A stretch of DNA of 64,000 nt from Alphaproteobacteria bacterium (lineage in GTDB: Bacteria; Pseudomonadota; Alphaproteobacteria; Bin95). The notes beneath the pieces were generated by a model, which saw only the letters and a list, made by a program, of their open reading frames with translations, searched no databases and had not been told where the DNA came from. The position numbers and the translations under genes are program-made. Below, piece after piece: positions 47,872 through 57,112 of this stretch; positions within the stretch are counted from its first letter, which is position 1, and each line of letters opens with the position of its first letter. The stretch is from NCBI GenBank assembly GCA_963665325.3, contig OZ224045.1, positions 2,464,001 to 2,528,000 on the forward strand. Reading direction: 5' to 3'.

Positions 47872-48600
47872 GTGGCACGCAGCCTGCACCGCTTCGCCAA
47901 TCCCGGCCGCTTCCGTCGCCTTGCCGGCCGCATCCTGCCCTGGGCGGCGGGCATCTCGACGGTCGCCTTCATCGCCGGGCTCTGGCTGGCGCTGGTCGAC
48001 TCGCCCATCGACTACCAGCAGAAGGACTCGGTGCGCATCATGTATGTGCATGTCCCGGCGGCATGGATGGCGCTCAGCACCTATGCGGTCATGGCGCTGG
48101 CGAGCGCGGGCGCGCTCATCTGGAGGCACCCGCTGGCCGAACTCGCAGCCAAGGCCTCGGCCGCGCCGGGCGCCGGCTTCACGCTCATCGCGCTCGTCAC
48201 CGGCTCGCTGTGGGGCCTGCCGACCTGGGGCACCTGGTGGGTGTGGGATGCACGGCTTACCTCCGTGCTCGTGCTGCTGTTCCTCTATGTCGGCTACATG
48301 GCGCTCTGGCGGGCGTTCGACGATCCGCGCCGGGCAGGACGGGCGGCGGCCGTGCTGGCGCTGGTCGGCGCAATCAACCTCCCGATAATCAAATTCTCGG
48401 TGGACTGGTGGAGCACGCTGCACCAGCCGGCAAGCGTCAGCCGCTTCGGCACGCCGGCCATCGATCCCGCGATGCTGCGCCCGCTGCTGGTCATGTATGC
48501 CGCGTTCTTCTTCTTCTGGATCGCAGTGCTGCTGATCCGCATCCGCGCCGAGCTCGACGAACGCCGGCTCGCGGTGCTGGCGCTTCAGCGTTCGGTGTGA
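47872..48600 (+). CDS. ccmC: Heme chaperone CcmC
   Basis: DYQQ, YVHVP, WGLPTWGTWWVWDARLT (WWD motif), WWSTLHQ. Confidence 0.95.
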   Translation: MARSLHRFANPGRFRRLAGRILPWAAGISTVAFIAGLWLALVDSPIDYQQKDSVRIMYVHVPAAWMALSTYAVMALASAGALIWRHPLAELAAKASAAPGAGFTLIALVTGSLWGLPTWGTWWVWDARLTSVLVLLFLYVGYMALWRAFDDPRRAGRAAAVLALVGAINLPIIKFSVDWWSTLHQPASVSRFGTPAIDPAMLRPLLVMYAAFFFFWIAVLLIRIRAELDERRLAVLALQRSV

Positions 48601-49082
48601 CCGAGCCGGTGCACCGCCCAGGTCGAGAGCAGCACCGAGACCGTAAAGCAGACAATGCCGGGGCCGGCCTGGGCACTCGTCAGCAGCCGACCGTCCAGCA
48701 CCAGCACGGTGATCGCGATGGCGAAGACGTCCAGCATCGAATATTTGGATACCGCGCCCAGCACCCGGATCGGGCGGGTGTCGGTCCTGCCGGTGAACCA
48801 GGCCCAGGCGGCGAGGACGAGTTTCACCGCCGGCAGGGCGACGGAGAATGCGCCCATGACGGCGGCAAGGAACCAGTCGCCATCCCCGGCCAGCGCGGCG
48901 ACGGAGCCCAGAATAGAATAGTCGGTGCCGAGCCAGAGGCGCTCGATGGTAATCGCCGGCAGGAACAGCCCCGGCGCCAGCAGCGCGGCGGAAAGCGCCA
49001 GCAGCAGGCCCGTGAGACCGTTGGGCTTACCGCGCCGATGCTCTAGGCTTCGCTCCCTGCCTTCACCCGCGAGACCGTTCAT
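48585..49082 (-). CDS. Paraquat-inducible protein A (PqiA) single-domain membrane protein
   Basis: [28 protein letters not shown]; start uncertain. Confidence 0.7.
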   Translation of the reverse strand: MNGLAGEGRERSLEHRRGKPNGLTGLLLALSAALLAPGLFLPAITIERLWLGTDYSILGSVAALAGDGDWFLAAVMGAFSVALPAVKLVLAAWAWFTGRTDTRPIRVLGAVSKYSMLDVFAIAITVLVLDGRLLTSAQAGPGIVCFTVSVLLSTWAVHRLGHTER

Positions 49083-49596
49083 GGACCTCAAATCCTGTAT
49101 CCGGACGATCCCCGACTACCCGAAGCCCGGCATTCTCTTCTACGACATCTCGACGCTGATCGGGGACGGCAAGGCCTGGCGCTACACCGTGGACCGGCTC
49201 TGCGAGGCGGTCGAGGAGTTCGGCGCTGACCGGCTGGCCGGCATCGAGGCGCGCGGCTTCCTGGTCTCGGCCCCAGTGGCGGACCGGCTCGGCATCGGCT
49301 TCACCATGTTGCGCAAGCACGGCAAGCTGCCGGGCGATGTGGTCTCGCATCATTACGATCTCGAATATGGAACCGACACCATTGAAATCCAGTCGGACGC
49401 GGTCCGGCCCGGCGAGCGCGTTGTTGTGGTGGACGACCTGCTCGCCACGGGCGGCACCTTCGGCGCGGGCATCGATCTCCTGCGGCGCATCGGCGCGGAT
49501 GTGCGGGGTGCAGTCTGCATTGTCGAGCTTGCGTTTCTCGGCGGCCGTGCGCGGATCGACGCGCCGGTCGTCAGCCTCGTCGTTTATGACGAATGA
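49081..49596 (+). CDS. apt: Adenine phosphoribosyltransferase
   Basis: [44 protein letters not shown]. Confidence 0.96.
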   Translation: MDLKSCIRTIPDYPKPGILFYDISTLIGDGKAWRYTVDRLCEAVEEFGADRLAGIEARGFLVSAPVADRLGIGFTMLRKHGKLPGDVVSHHYDLEYGTDTIEIQSDAVRPGERVVVVDDLLATGGTFGAGIDLLRRIGADVRGAVCIVELAFLGGRARIDAPVVSLVVYDE

Positions 49597-50099
49597 TGGT
49601 TGAAATCCGGCCGATGCGGGCAGAGGACGGCCCGGCCGTGCTCGCGATCTATGCCGGCGGCATCGCCACCGGCCATGCCAGCTTCCAGGAGACCGTGCCT
49701 GCCTGGGAAGAATGGGACGCCGGCCATCTCCAATGTTGCCGGCTCGTCGCCGAGCAGGAGGGGCGGGCAGTGGGCTGGGCCGCGCTCGCGCCGGTCTCCT
49801 CCCGGCCCGTCTATGCCGGCGTCGGGGAGGTCTCTATCTATCTGGCGGACGGGGAGCGCGGGCGTGGCGTTGGCGACCGGCTGCTCGGCGCGTTGATCGA
49901 AGCCTCGGAAGCGGCCGGGATCTGGACACTCCAGGCCGGCATCTTCCCGGAGAACGCGGCCAGCATTTCGCTCCACCGCAAATTCGGCTTCCGCCAGGTC
50001 GGCGTCCGCGAACGTCTCGGCCGCATGACCCACGGCCCCCTCGCCGGCGAGTGGCGCGACGTCATGCTCTTGGAACGCCGAAGCCCGGCAGTGGTTTGA
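49593..50099 (+). CDS. GNAT N-acetyltransferase (phosphinothricin/MddA-like)
   Basis: [38 protein letters not shown]. Confidence 0.88.
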   Translation: MMVEIRPMRAEDGPAVLAIYAGGIATGHASFQETVPAWEEWDAGHLQCCRLVAEQEGRAVGWAALAPVSSRPVYAGVGEVSIYLADGERGRGVGDRLLGALIEASEAAGIWTLQAGIFPENAASISLHRKFGFRQVGVRERLGRMTHGPLAGEWRDVMLLERRSPAVV

Positions 50100-50136
50100 C
50101 CGCCGCTGCCTCCCGAAACAACTTCGGGGTTGGAAT

Positions 50137-51054
50137 TTACCGCGCCCTCGGATCGGCCGGGAAACCGGGCATGCCTTGGGAGCGGCGGACGGCTGCGCGG
50201 ACGGCGTCCGCCACCGTCTGGGCTGCAAGTTCCGCGACCAGATCGAGGCCGGCCTCGACTTCGCCGGTTGCGAGCGTGAAGAGCGCATCGCCGTCGAGGC
50301 TGGTATGGGCCGGCGACACCGTCCGGGCGATGCCGGTATGGGCGAGGTCCGCGACCCGGCAGGCCTCGGGCTTCCGCAGCCGGGCGTTGGTTGCGATACA
50401 GCCGATGACGGTGTTGGACAGGCTGTCCGGCCGCGCACCGTAGGGATAGCGCGGCACATCGTCCGGCGCGCGGCAGCCGGCAAGCACCCGGCCGTCTTCG
50501 CCGACGACGCTGCCGAGCGCGTTTACCGCTACCAGAGCACCCACCGTGAGGTCGCCGGCCCGCCGCACGGCACTGCCCTGGCCGCCCTTGCTCGCCCATT
50601 CGATTCCCGCTTCCTTGCCGACAGTGCAGCCTGCGCCGACGCCGACCGATCCGTTCTCGGGCTCGTCTTCGTTCGCCGCCTCGCAGGCCGCCCGGCCCGC
50701 CTTGCGGTCGATGCGGCGCATGTCCGGGCTGCGTATGTCGAACACCACCGCCGCGCCCACGATGGGAAACCGGCCCGCCGCGAGCGCGAGTCCGATGCCC
50801 TGCGCCTCGCACCAGTCCACCACGCCGTCGGCGGCGCTGAGGCCGAACAGGCTCGACCCGCAAAGCACCACAGCATGACAGGCCTCGTTCGGCGCTGTCG
50901 GGCCGAGAACGGCCGCCTCCCGCGTGCCGGGCGCACCGCCGCGCACTGCAATGCCACCCACGGTTCCCGCCGGGGGTAGGATTACGGTGCAACCGGTATG
51001 GTGCCCGGGATCGGTCCACATCCCGACCCGCACGCCTTCGACTCCGAGCGCCAT
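50137..51054 (-). CDS. P1 peptidase / DmpA-family (S58) aminopeptidase-like
   Basis: GVRVG, TGCTVI, RGGAPGTRE, GSVGVGAG, KGGQGS, VNALG, NTVIG, DGDALF. Confidence 0.85.
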   Translation of the reverse strand: MALGVEGVRVGMWTDPGHHTGCTVILPPAGTVGGIAVRGGAPGTREAAVLGPTAPNEACHAVVLCGSSLFGLSAADGVVDWCEAQGIGLALAAGRFPIVGAAVVFDIRSPDMRRIDRKAGRAACEAANEDEPENGSVGVGAGCTVGKEAGIEWASKGGQGSAVRRAGDLTVGALVAVNALGSVVGEDGRVLAGCRAPDDVPRYPYGARPDSLSNTVIGCIATNARLRKPEACRVADLAHTGIARTVSPAHTSLDGDALFTLATGEVEAGLDLVAELAAQTVADAVRAAVRRSQGMPGFPADPRAR

Positions 51055-51194
51055 GACAACTCCGTCTTCCGTGGCCGGACTCAGCCCGGCCGGGTGCAAA
51101 TTATCGTCAAGTCATGGCTTGAGAAGATGTGTTGCGACGGGTCCGATGGAAAATATTGTCTGCTGCACGCAGAACACGTCGAAGGGAGGACGCT

Positions 51195-51488
51195 ATGAGC
51201 GGTATCGAGGCGGTGCCGACTGTGATGATCGAGAACGAGCGGGTGCGGGTGACGGAGTGGCGCTTCGCCCCCGGCGCGGAGACCGGCCATCACGTCCACG
51301 AATACGACTATGTCGTCGTGCCGATGACCACGGGAACGCTGCGCCTGGTCGAGCCCGACGGAACGCGCGACGCCCGGCTGGTCTCCGGCAGGCCATACGA
51401 CCGGCCGCGCGGCGTCGCGCATAATGTCATCAATGCGAGCGGCGCCGAGTTCGTGTTCATCGAGGTCGAGCTGATGGAGAACGGCTGA
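51195..51488 (+). CDS. Small cupin-domain protein
   Basis: ENERVRVTEW, HHVHEYDYV, GVAHNVIN, FIEVEL. Confidence 0.85.
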   Translation: MSGIEAVPTVMIENERVRVTEWRFAPGAETGHHVHEYDYVVVPMTTGTLRLVEPDGTRDARLVSGRPYDRPRGVAHNVINASGAEFVFIEVELMENG

Positions 51489-51613
51489 CTCTCGGTCCCC
51501 GTCAGGCCTGGAAAGCGGACTCCCCCCGGTCCCGGCCGCAAGCCGAAAGGGGAGGAAAGGCGGCGCTCCAAACGGTTTTGTCCGCAATTGTAGAATAAAT
51601 TCCCGATTCTGGC

Positions 51614-51972
51614 TTGACATGAGAGAAAATGTGCTAGAATGTCGGTAGAGGGAAGGCGGCTTCCGGGGCTGCCTTTCGTTTTTCTGCGCAGGAGAGCGGC
51701 TGGGGCCGAAAACCCCCGGCGGAGTGCGAGGGAGAGGTGCGTCCTCCGCCTCGCGCGCGCAATCAGGCGCGCGAACCGCGCCGGCGCCGACGCGCCCGCC
51801 CGCCCGCGCGCGATACGCGCGAAACAGGGACCCGCCGCCCGGGGGGCGCCGGCGGCGGGGAGGTGGAACGGAGTGGAACGAAACGCGATTGAGGAGCGAT
51901 ATGCGGAAACGGAGCGGCAAAGCCTGGCGAAGGCTGCGGCTCATGACGGAACATGACATATCATGACATTTC
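51614..51972 (+). repeat. Intergenic module, copy A (promoter - hairpin - short ORF - 10-bp-period CATGAC x3)
   Basis: First ~63 nt align without gaps to 53015-53077; CATGAC with ATG at 51943, 51953 and 51963. Confidence 0.7.
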
Positions 51973-52084
51973 GCGGAGTGGCCGCGGACATGCGAAGCGG
52001 CAGCGCCGCGAGACGTTACCGGGGTTGCGCGTATCGGGCTATGCTGCGCGCGGACCGGCCCGCTGGAGGAGGACTATCGAGCCC

Positions 52085-52972
52085 ATGCCCTATGCAACGA
52101 CCGATGACGGGGTGCGCCTGTATTACGAGGAGGCGGGGTCGGGGACCGCGGTCGTCTTCGTGCACGAGTTCGCAGGCGACATGCGCTCCTGGGAGCCGCA
52201 GATGCGGCATTTCGCACATCGATACCGCGTGCTCGCCTACAATGCGCGCGGCTATCCGCCCTCCGAGGTGCCGGAGGAGCCCGCCAAATACAGCCAGACG
52301 CGGGCCGCGGACGACATCGCCGCCGTGATGGATGCGGCGGGCATCTACCGGGCGCATGTCTGCGGGCTGTCCAAGGGCGGGTTCGCCACCTTGCATTTCG
52401 GCTTCCGCCACCCGGCCCGCGCGATCTCCCTGGTCGTGGCCGGTTGCGGCTACGGGGCGGAACCCGACAAGCGCGATCAGTTCAAGGCGGAGGCCGAGGC
52501 GACGGCGCAGCTGATCGAGCGGGACGGCATGGACGCGTTCGCCGATATCTACTCGAAAGGGCCGACCCGCGTGCAGTTCGAGAACAAGGACCCGCGCGGC
52601 TGGCGCGAGTTCCGCGACCAGTTGGCCGAACATTCGCAGGCGGGCGCGGCGGCCACCATGCGCGGCCTCCAGGCGCGGCGGCCTTCGCTCTACGACCTCA
52701 CGGACGAGATGGCGGCGCTCCGCGTGCCGACCCTGGTGCTGACCGGCGACGAGGACTGGCCCTGCCTGCTGCCCGGCGTGCTGATGAAGCAGACCATTCC
52801 CTCGGCGGCGCTCTCGGTCATGGTCAATTGCGGCCACACCATCAATATCGAGGACCCGGACCAGTTCAACCGCATCTGCGGGGACTTCTTCGCCCAGGTC
52901 GATGCCGGCCGCTGGCCGGAACGCGACCCCCGCGCGGTGACCGGCTCGATCCTCGGCGTCGAGGCGAAATAG
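52085..52972 (+). CDS. Alpha/beta hydrolase
   Basis: VFVHEFAGD, YNARGYPPS, GLSKGG nucleophile elbow, GDED, CGHTINIE. Confidence 0.9.
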   Translation: MPYATTDDGVRLYYEEAGSGTAVVFVHEFAGDMRSWEPQMRHFAHRYRVLAYNARGYPPSEVPEEPAKYSQTRAADDIAAVMDAAGIYRAHVCGLSKGGFATLHFGFRHPARAISLVVAGCGYGAEPDKRDQFKAEAEATAQLIERDGMDAFADIYSKGPTRVQFENKDPRGWREFRDQLAEHSQAGAAATMRGLQARRPSLYDLTDEMAALRVPTLVLTGDEDWPCLLPGVLMKQTIPSAALSVMVNCGHTINIEDPDQFNRICGDFFAQVDAGRWPERDPRAVTGSILGVEAK

Positions 52973-53014
52973 GGCGCAAGCCCGGCGCCGTCGACAGGCG
53001 ATTCGTGCCGGGAT

Positions 53015-53192
53015 TTGACACGGGATAAACCGTGGTAAGCCGGGAGTAGAGAAGAGGCGGCCTCCGGGGCCGCCTTTTCGATTCTGTAACGTGAAGGAGC
53101 CGAAGAGCTATGCCGAAAATGGACGGAGGACACGCACCCGCCGCCGCGACCTCATGACATCGCATGACGAAACATGACACTTCATGACATCG
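53015..53192 (+). repeat. Intergenic module, copy B (promoter - hairpin - short ORF - 10-bp-period CATGAC x4)
   Basis: Homologous to 51614-51972; ATG at 53154, 53164, 53174 and 53184. Confidence 0.7.
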
Positions 53193-53266
53193 CGCAGGAT
53201 GTTCACGCCGGCGCGGCCCATCAGGGCTTTACCGGGTTCCGAGAAGCTCTCCCGCGAGCCGAAGCG

Positions 53267-54331
53267 TCATGCAGCGGCTGCGGCTTCCAGCGCGTCGAGC
53301 GGAGCGGTCGGCTTGACATGCGCCGGCAGCTGGAGACCGAGCGGCCGTCCGGTCGCGGGATCGCGTCCGTGGCGGCGGAAGAACGGCTCTGGGACGGCGC
53401 GCCCGTCCGGCACGGCCAGCCAGATCCGGTAGAGGTGGCGGTTCCGACCCGGAAGTTCCTCATAGGCGGTGCGTGTGTGCAGGACGGCGAGATTGTCGAT
53501 CCACTGGATGTCGCCGGGCTGGAAGTCCATGTCGAGTCGGAGATCCTTCTCGGCGGCGGTCAGCTCCAGCAGGTCCAGCGCTTCGACCTGCGCCCGGGTC
53601 AGTTCGGGCGCGCCGTCGTGCCGTGTGCAGGAATCGATGAAGCGGCGCACCAGATTGACCGTCATGCGCCCGTCGGCCGCCTGCATGAAGACCGGCATCT
53701 CGTACCAGGGAAGCTGGCCTTCCACCTCCTCGCCGCGCCGGTCGATCAGGAAGGGCTCGGCCAGCACCTTCGCTGCGTCCGGTCGGCGTTCGAGGATGCG
53801 GTTCCAGACCGCGCCGGCGCTGACGATGCTGGACAGGCCGCCCTTCCGCGCCGGAACGAGGCAGAACAGCCCGACGATCTCCGCGCCGATATCGGTGTGG
53901 AAGGGCAGTTCGGCCGAAGACTGGTAGCCGCGCTTGTTGGGCGCCCAGGCGTCGATGCCGAGGTCCTTCACATGGCCGAGAAGGTGCCCGAGCGGATTCT
54001 GGCAGACGGGCGTGCCGATTCGCGACCCGACGGCCCAGAAGGCGCGCGCGGCCACCTCGCGCGGCCAGCGGTCCACCGGCAGGCCGCGCATCAGCGCGAA
54101 GCCGCAGCCCTCGACGACGGCATCGCGCATTTCCTTGAGGCGCGCATCGAGGCGCGGCAGGGGCAGGTCGTCGCGGGTAAGCGCGGTCAGGTCGCGGTCG
54201 AGGGCCGCCGTTGCAGCAGACTCCAGCTCGGCGATCTCTCCGGCGTCGAGCGTCACGATCCAGTCGTCCCGCTGCATCAGTTCGCCCCCGTGCCAGACGG
54301 ACGGGCCGGCGATGGGTTCGAGCGCCGTCAT
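53267..54331 (-). CDS. TauD/TfdA-family dioxygenase (clavaminate synthase-like)
   Basis: GCGFALMRGLP, FHTD, GLFCL, QPGDIQWIDN..LH.R, RHLYRIW. Confidence 0.88.
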   Translation of the reverse strand: MTALEPIAGPSVWHGGELMQRDDWIVTLDAGEIAELESAATAALDRDLTALTRDDLPLPRLDARLKEMRDAVVEGCGFALMRGLPVDRWPREVAARAFWAVGSRIGTPVCQNPLGHLLGHVKDLGIDAWAPNKRGYQSSAELPFHTDIGAEIVGLFCLVPARKGGLSSIVSAGAVWNRILERRPDAAKVLAEPFLIDRRGEEVEGQLPWYEMPVFMQAADGRMTVNLVRRFIDSCTRHDGAPELTRAQVEALDLLELTAAEKDLRLDMDFQPGDIQWIDNLAVLHTRTAYEELPGRNRHLYRIWLAVPDGRAVPEPFFRRHGRDPATGRPLGLQLPAHVKPTAPLDALEAAAAA

Positions 54332-54346
54332 GAATCTTCCTCCCGC

Positions 54347-55609
54347 TTATGCGCCGGTTTGCGCGATGTCCCGGCGGCAGAATGCGCCCGGCCAGTCTAT
54401 CGCATCGACGCCGCGATAGGCCAGCGCCCGCGCCTCGCCGCGGGTCGCGCCGGCCGCGCAAACGCCCAGCACCCGGCCTCCGGTAGCGAGAACGCGGCTG
54501 CCTTCGCCCGCTGCCGTGCCGGCATGAAAAACAGTGACGCCATCCGGCACACGGTCGAGGCCCGCGATCTCGCCGCCCCGCTCATACGGGCCCGGATAGC
54601 CCCCGTTCGCCATGACCACGCAGACCGACGCCTCATCCGACCAGCGGAGATCGACATGGGAAAGGTTGCCCTCCGCCGCCGCCAGCAGGGCGGGCAGCAG
54701 GTCCGAGCGCAGCCGCAGCATCAGCGCCTGCGTCTCCGGGTCGCCGAACCGTACATTGAACTCCAGCAGCTTCAGGTCCCCCTCCTCTACCATCAGCCCG
54801 GCGAACAGCACGCCGCGATAGGGCGTGCCGTCCGCCGCCATCTGCCGGACCGCCGGAATGAAGATTTCCCGCTCGATCCTGGCCGCCAGTTCCGGCGTCA
54901 CCGGCGGCGCGGGCGAGTGGCTGCCCATGCCGCCGGTATTGGGTCCGGTATCGTCTTCGCCGACCCGCTTGTAGTCCTGGGCCGTCTCAAGCATCAGCAC
55001 GCGCTCGCCGTCCGCCAGCGCGAAGGCGCTCACCTCCTCGCCCGCAAGGCAGTCCTCGACCACGACCGTCGCGCCCGCCTCGCCGAAGGCGCGGTCGATC
55101 ATGGCGGCGCACACGGCGGCTTCCGCTTCCTCGACCGTAACGGCGACGGTCACGCCCTTGCCCGCGGCCAGGCCGTCCGCTTTCACCACGACCGGCGCTC
55201 CGCGCGCGCGGATATGCGCAAGGGCGGCATCGGCATCGTCGAAGACCGCAAAACCGGCGGTGGGAATACCGGCGCGATGGGTGAGGTCCTTCATGAACGC
55301 CTTGGAGCTTTCGAGCCGCGCCGCTGCCCGGTCCGGCCCGAACACCGGAATGCCGTCCTGCCTCAGGCGGTCCGCCAGGCCCGCCGCCAGCGGCGCTTCC
55401 GGTCCGACGACGACGAGGTCCATACGTTCCCGCTGCGCCAGCGCTGCAAGACCTTCGATATCCTCGGCGGTAACGGGCACGCATTCGGCTTCATCAGCGA
55501 TGCCGGGGTTGCCTGGCGCGCAGTAAAGCCGCTCCACCAGCGGCGAGGCTGCAATCGTCCAGGCGAGCGCATGTTCGCGCCCGCCGCCGCCCACCACCAG
55601 AACCCTCAT
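54347..55609 (-). CDS. purD: Phosphoribosylamine-glycine ligase
   Basis: GGGGREHAL, VGPEAPL, KADGLAAGKGV, GPNTGGMG, EFNVRFGDPE. Confidence 0.97.
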   Translation of the reverse strand: MRVLVVGGGGREHALAWTIAASPLVERLYCAPGNPGIADEAECVPVTAEDIEGLAALAQRERMDLVVVGPEAPLAAGLADRLRQDGIPVFGPDRAAARLESSKAFMKDLTHRAGIPTAGFAVFDDADAALAHIRARGAPVVVKADGLAAGKGVTVAVTVEEAEAAVCAAMIDRAFGEAGATVVVEDCLAGEEVSAFALADGERVLMLETAQDYKRVGEDDTGPNTGGMGSHSPAPPVTPELAARIEREIFIPAVRQMAADGTPYRGVLFAGLMVEEGDLKLLEFNVRFGDPETQALMLRLRSDLLPALLAAAEGNLSHVDLRWSDEASVCVVMANGGYPGPYERGGEIAGLDRVPDGVTVFHAGTAAGEGSRVLATGGRVLGVCAAGATRGEARALAYRGVDAIDWPGAFCRRDIAQTGA

Positions 55610-55650
55610 GGCCTTCACGCCCTCCCGATTCGCGTGTATCTCCAGCGCCC

Positions 55651-57102
55651 ATGAACGACGCGCCGCCACTCTCCAACATACCGGAATACAGTGTCGGCGA
55701 GGTCTCGGCGGCCGTTCGCCGAAATCTGGAGGCCGAATTTCCGCGCGTCCGCGTGCGCGGCGAGGTTTCGGGCTTCAAGCGCGCAGCCTCAGGCCATCTC
55801 TATTTCAACCTGAAGGATGACCGGGACGTGCTCAACGCCGTGTGCTGGCGCGGTGCGGCCGGACGGCTCGGGCTCCGGCCCGAGGACGGCATGGAAGTGG
55901 TCGCAACCGGGCGGGTGACGGCCTACGGCGCGCGCTCCAGCTACCAGCTCGTCGTGGACGCGCTCGATCTCGCGGGCGAAGGGGCGCTTCTGAAGCTCCT
56001 GGAGGAACGCCGCCGCCGCCTCGCGGAAGAGGGGCTGTTCGACGCGGACCGCAAGCGGGAAATACCATTCCTGCCGGAGCGAATCGGTATCGTCACGTCG
56101 CTGGGCGGCGCGGTGCTGCACGATATCCTGCACCGGCTGCGCGAGCGTTTCCCCCGCCATGCGCTTGTCTGGCCGGTTCCTGTGCAGGGCGAGGGCGCCG
56201 CCGACAAGATAGCAGCCGCCATAGACGGCATGGGCGCGCTGCCGCCGGGCATGGCTCCGGATGTGCTGATCGTGGCGCGCGGCGGCGGCTCTCTGGAAGA
56301 CCTCTGGGCCTTCAACGAGGAGACGGTCGTGCGCGCGGCTGCCCGTTCTTCTGTCCCGCTGATCTCGGCTGTCGGCCACGAGACCGATACGACGCTGATC
56401 GATTTCGCTGCCGACCTGCGGGCGCCGACGCCGACGGCGGCGGCCGAGCTGGCAGTACCGGTCCGCGCCGAACTCCTTGCCAGGACGGCAGGGCAGGGAG
56501 AACGGCTTCTGACGGCGGGAGCCCGCGTCGTGGAAGAGCGCCGCGCACAGGTCGCCGGCCTCGCGCGAGGCTTGCCGGCTCCTACTGCCTTGCTCGAACA
56601 GGCAGGCCAGCGGCTGGACGACAGGGGCGAGCGCATGGACGCAGGGCTCCGCGCCCGGGTGGCCCTCGCAGCCGCAGGGCTCTCGGAACTCTCCGCGCGA
56701 TTCGGACAGCCGCGCGCGCTTATGGAGAAGCAGGAAGAGCGTGTGGCGACGCTGGGCGCGGCTTTCCTGCGTACCGGACGGCAGTTGGTGGAGGCGCAGG
56801 CGCACCGGTTGGACCGCATCGATGCCGGCCGTCGCCTGCCGGCGGCCTGGGAGCGCATCGCGGAGAACGCAACAGCCGGCCTCAACCGGGCTGGCGCGCT
56901 GCTGGAGAGTTCCTCCTATCGTCGAGTGCTGGAACGTGGCTTTGCGCTGGTCCGTGACGAACAGGGCCCGATTGTCTCGGCGGCAGAAGCCCGCAAGCGC
57001 GGGCGGGTCGAGATCGTCTTCGCAGACGGCGAGGCGGCGGCCCGCATCGTCAACGACGGAGCGGGCCGCGCGCGCAAGCCGGACCAGGGCTCGCTGTTCT
57101 GA
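55651..57102 (+). CDS. xseA: Exodeoxyribonuclease VII large subunit
   Basis: SGHLYFNLKD, RGGGSLEDLWAFN, SAVGHETD, RAPTPTAAAE, LERGF. Confidence 0.96.
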   Translation: MNDAPPLSNIPEYSVGEVSAAVRRNLEAEFPRVRVRGEVSGFKRAASGHLYFNLKDDRDVLNAVCWRGAAGRLGLRPEDGMEVVATGRVTAYGARSSYQLVVDALDLAGEGALLKLLEERRRRLAEEGLFDADRKREIPFLPERIGIVTSLGGAVLHDILHRLRERFPRHALVWPVPVQGEGAADKIAAAIDGMGALPPGMAPDVLIVARGGGSLEDLWAFNEETVVRAAARSSVPLISAVGHETDTTLIDFAADLRAPTPTAAAELAVPVRAELLARTAGQGERLLTAGARVVEERRAQVAGLARGLPAPTALLEQAGQRLDDRGERMDAGLRARVALAAAGLSELSARFGQPRALMEKQEERVATLGAAFLRTGRQLVEAQAHRLDRIDAGRRLPAAWERIAENATAGLNRAGALLESSSYRRVLERGFALVRDEQGPIVSAAEARKRGRVEIVFADGEAAARIVNDGAGRARKPDQGSLF

Positions 57103-57112
57103 GCCTGCCGGT

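Noticed and set aside
52365-52382. GLSKGG instead of the usual GLSMGG in the hydrolase
   Set aside because: The catalytic Ser, Asp and His appear intact; a single substitution is not enough to claim altered function.
51941-53192. CATGAC arrays or REP doublets as a CRISPR array
   Set aside because: Units are 10 bp with no unique spacers and there are no cas genes; no CRISPR array was seen anywhere in the window.
53174-55654. 826-aa + strand ORF, and similar long ORFs such as 27376-29916 (-), 10860-12752 (+), 35714-37543 (+) and 17822-20104 (-)
   Set aside because: Antisense or alternate-frame shadows of well-supported genes (TauD/purD, hflK/apbC, dnaX, ilvD, CaiB), as expected in high-GC DNA; no recognisable motifs.
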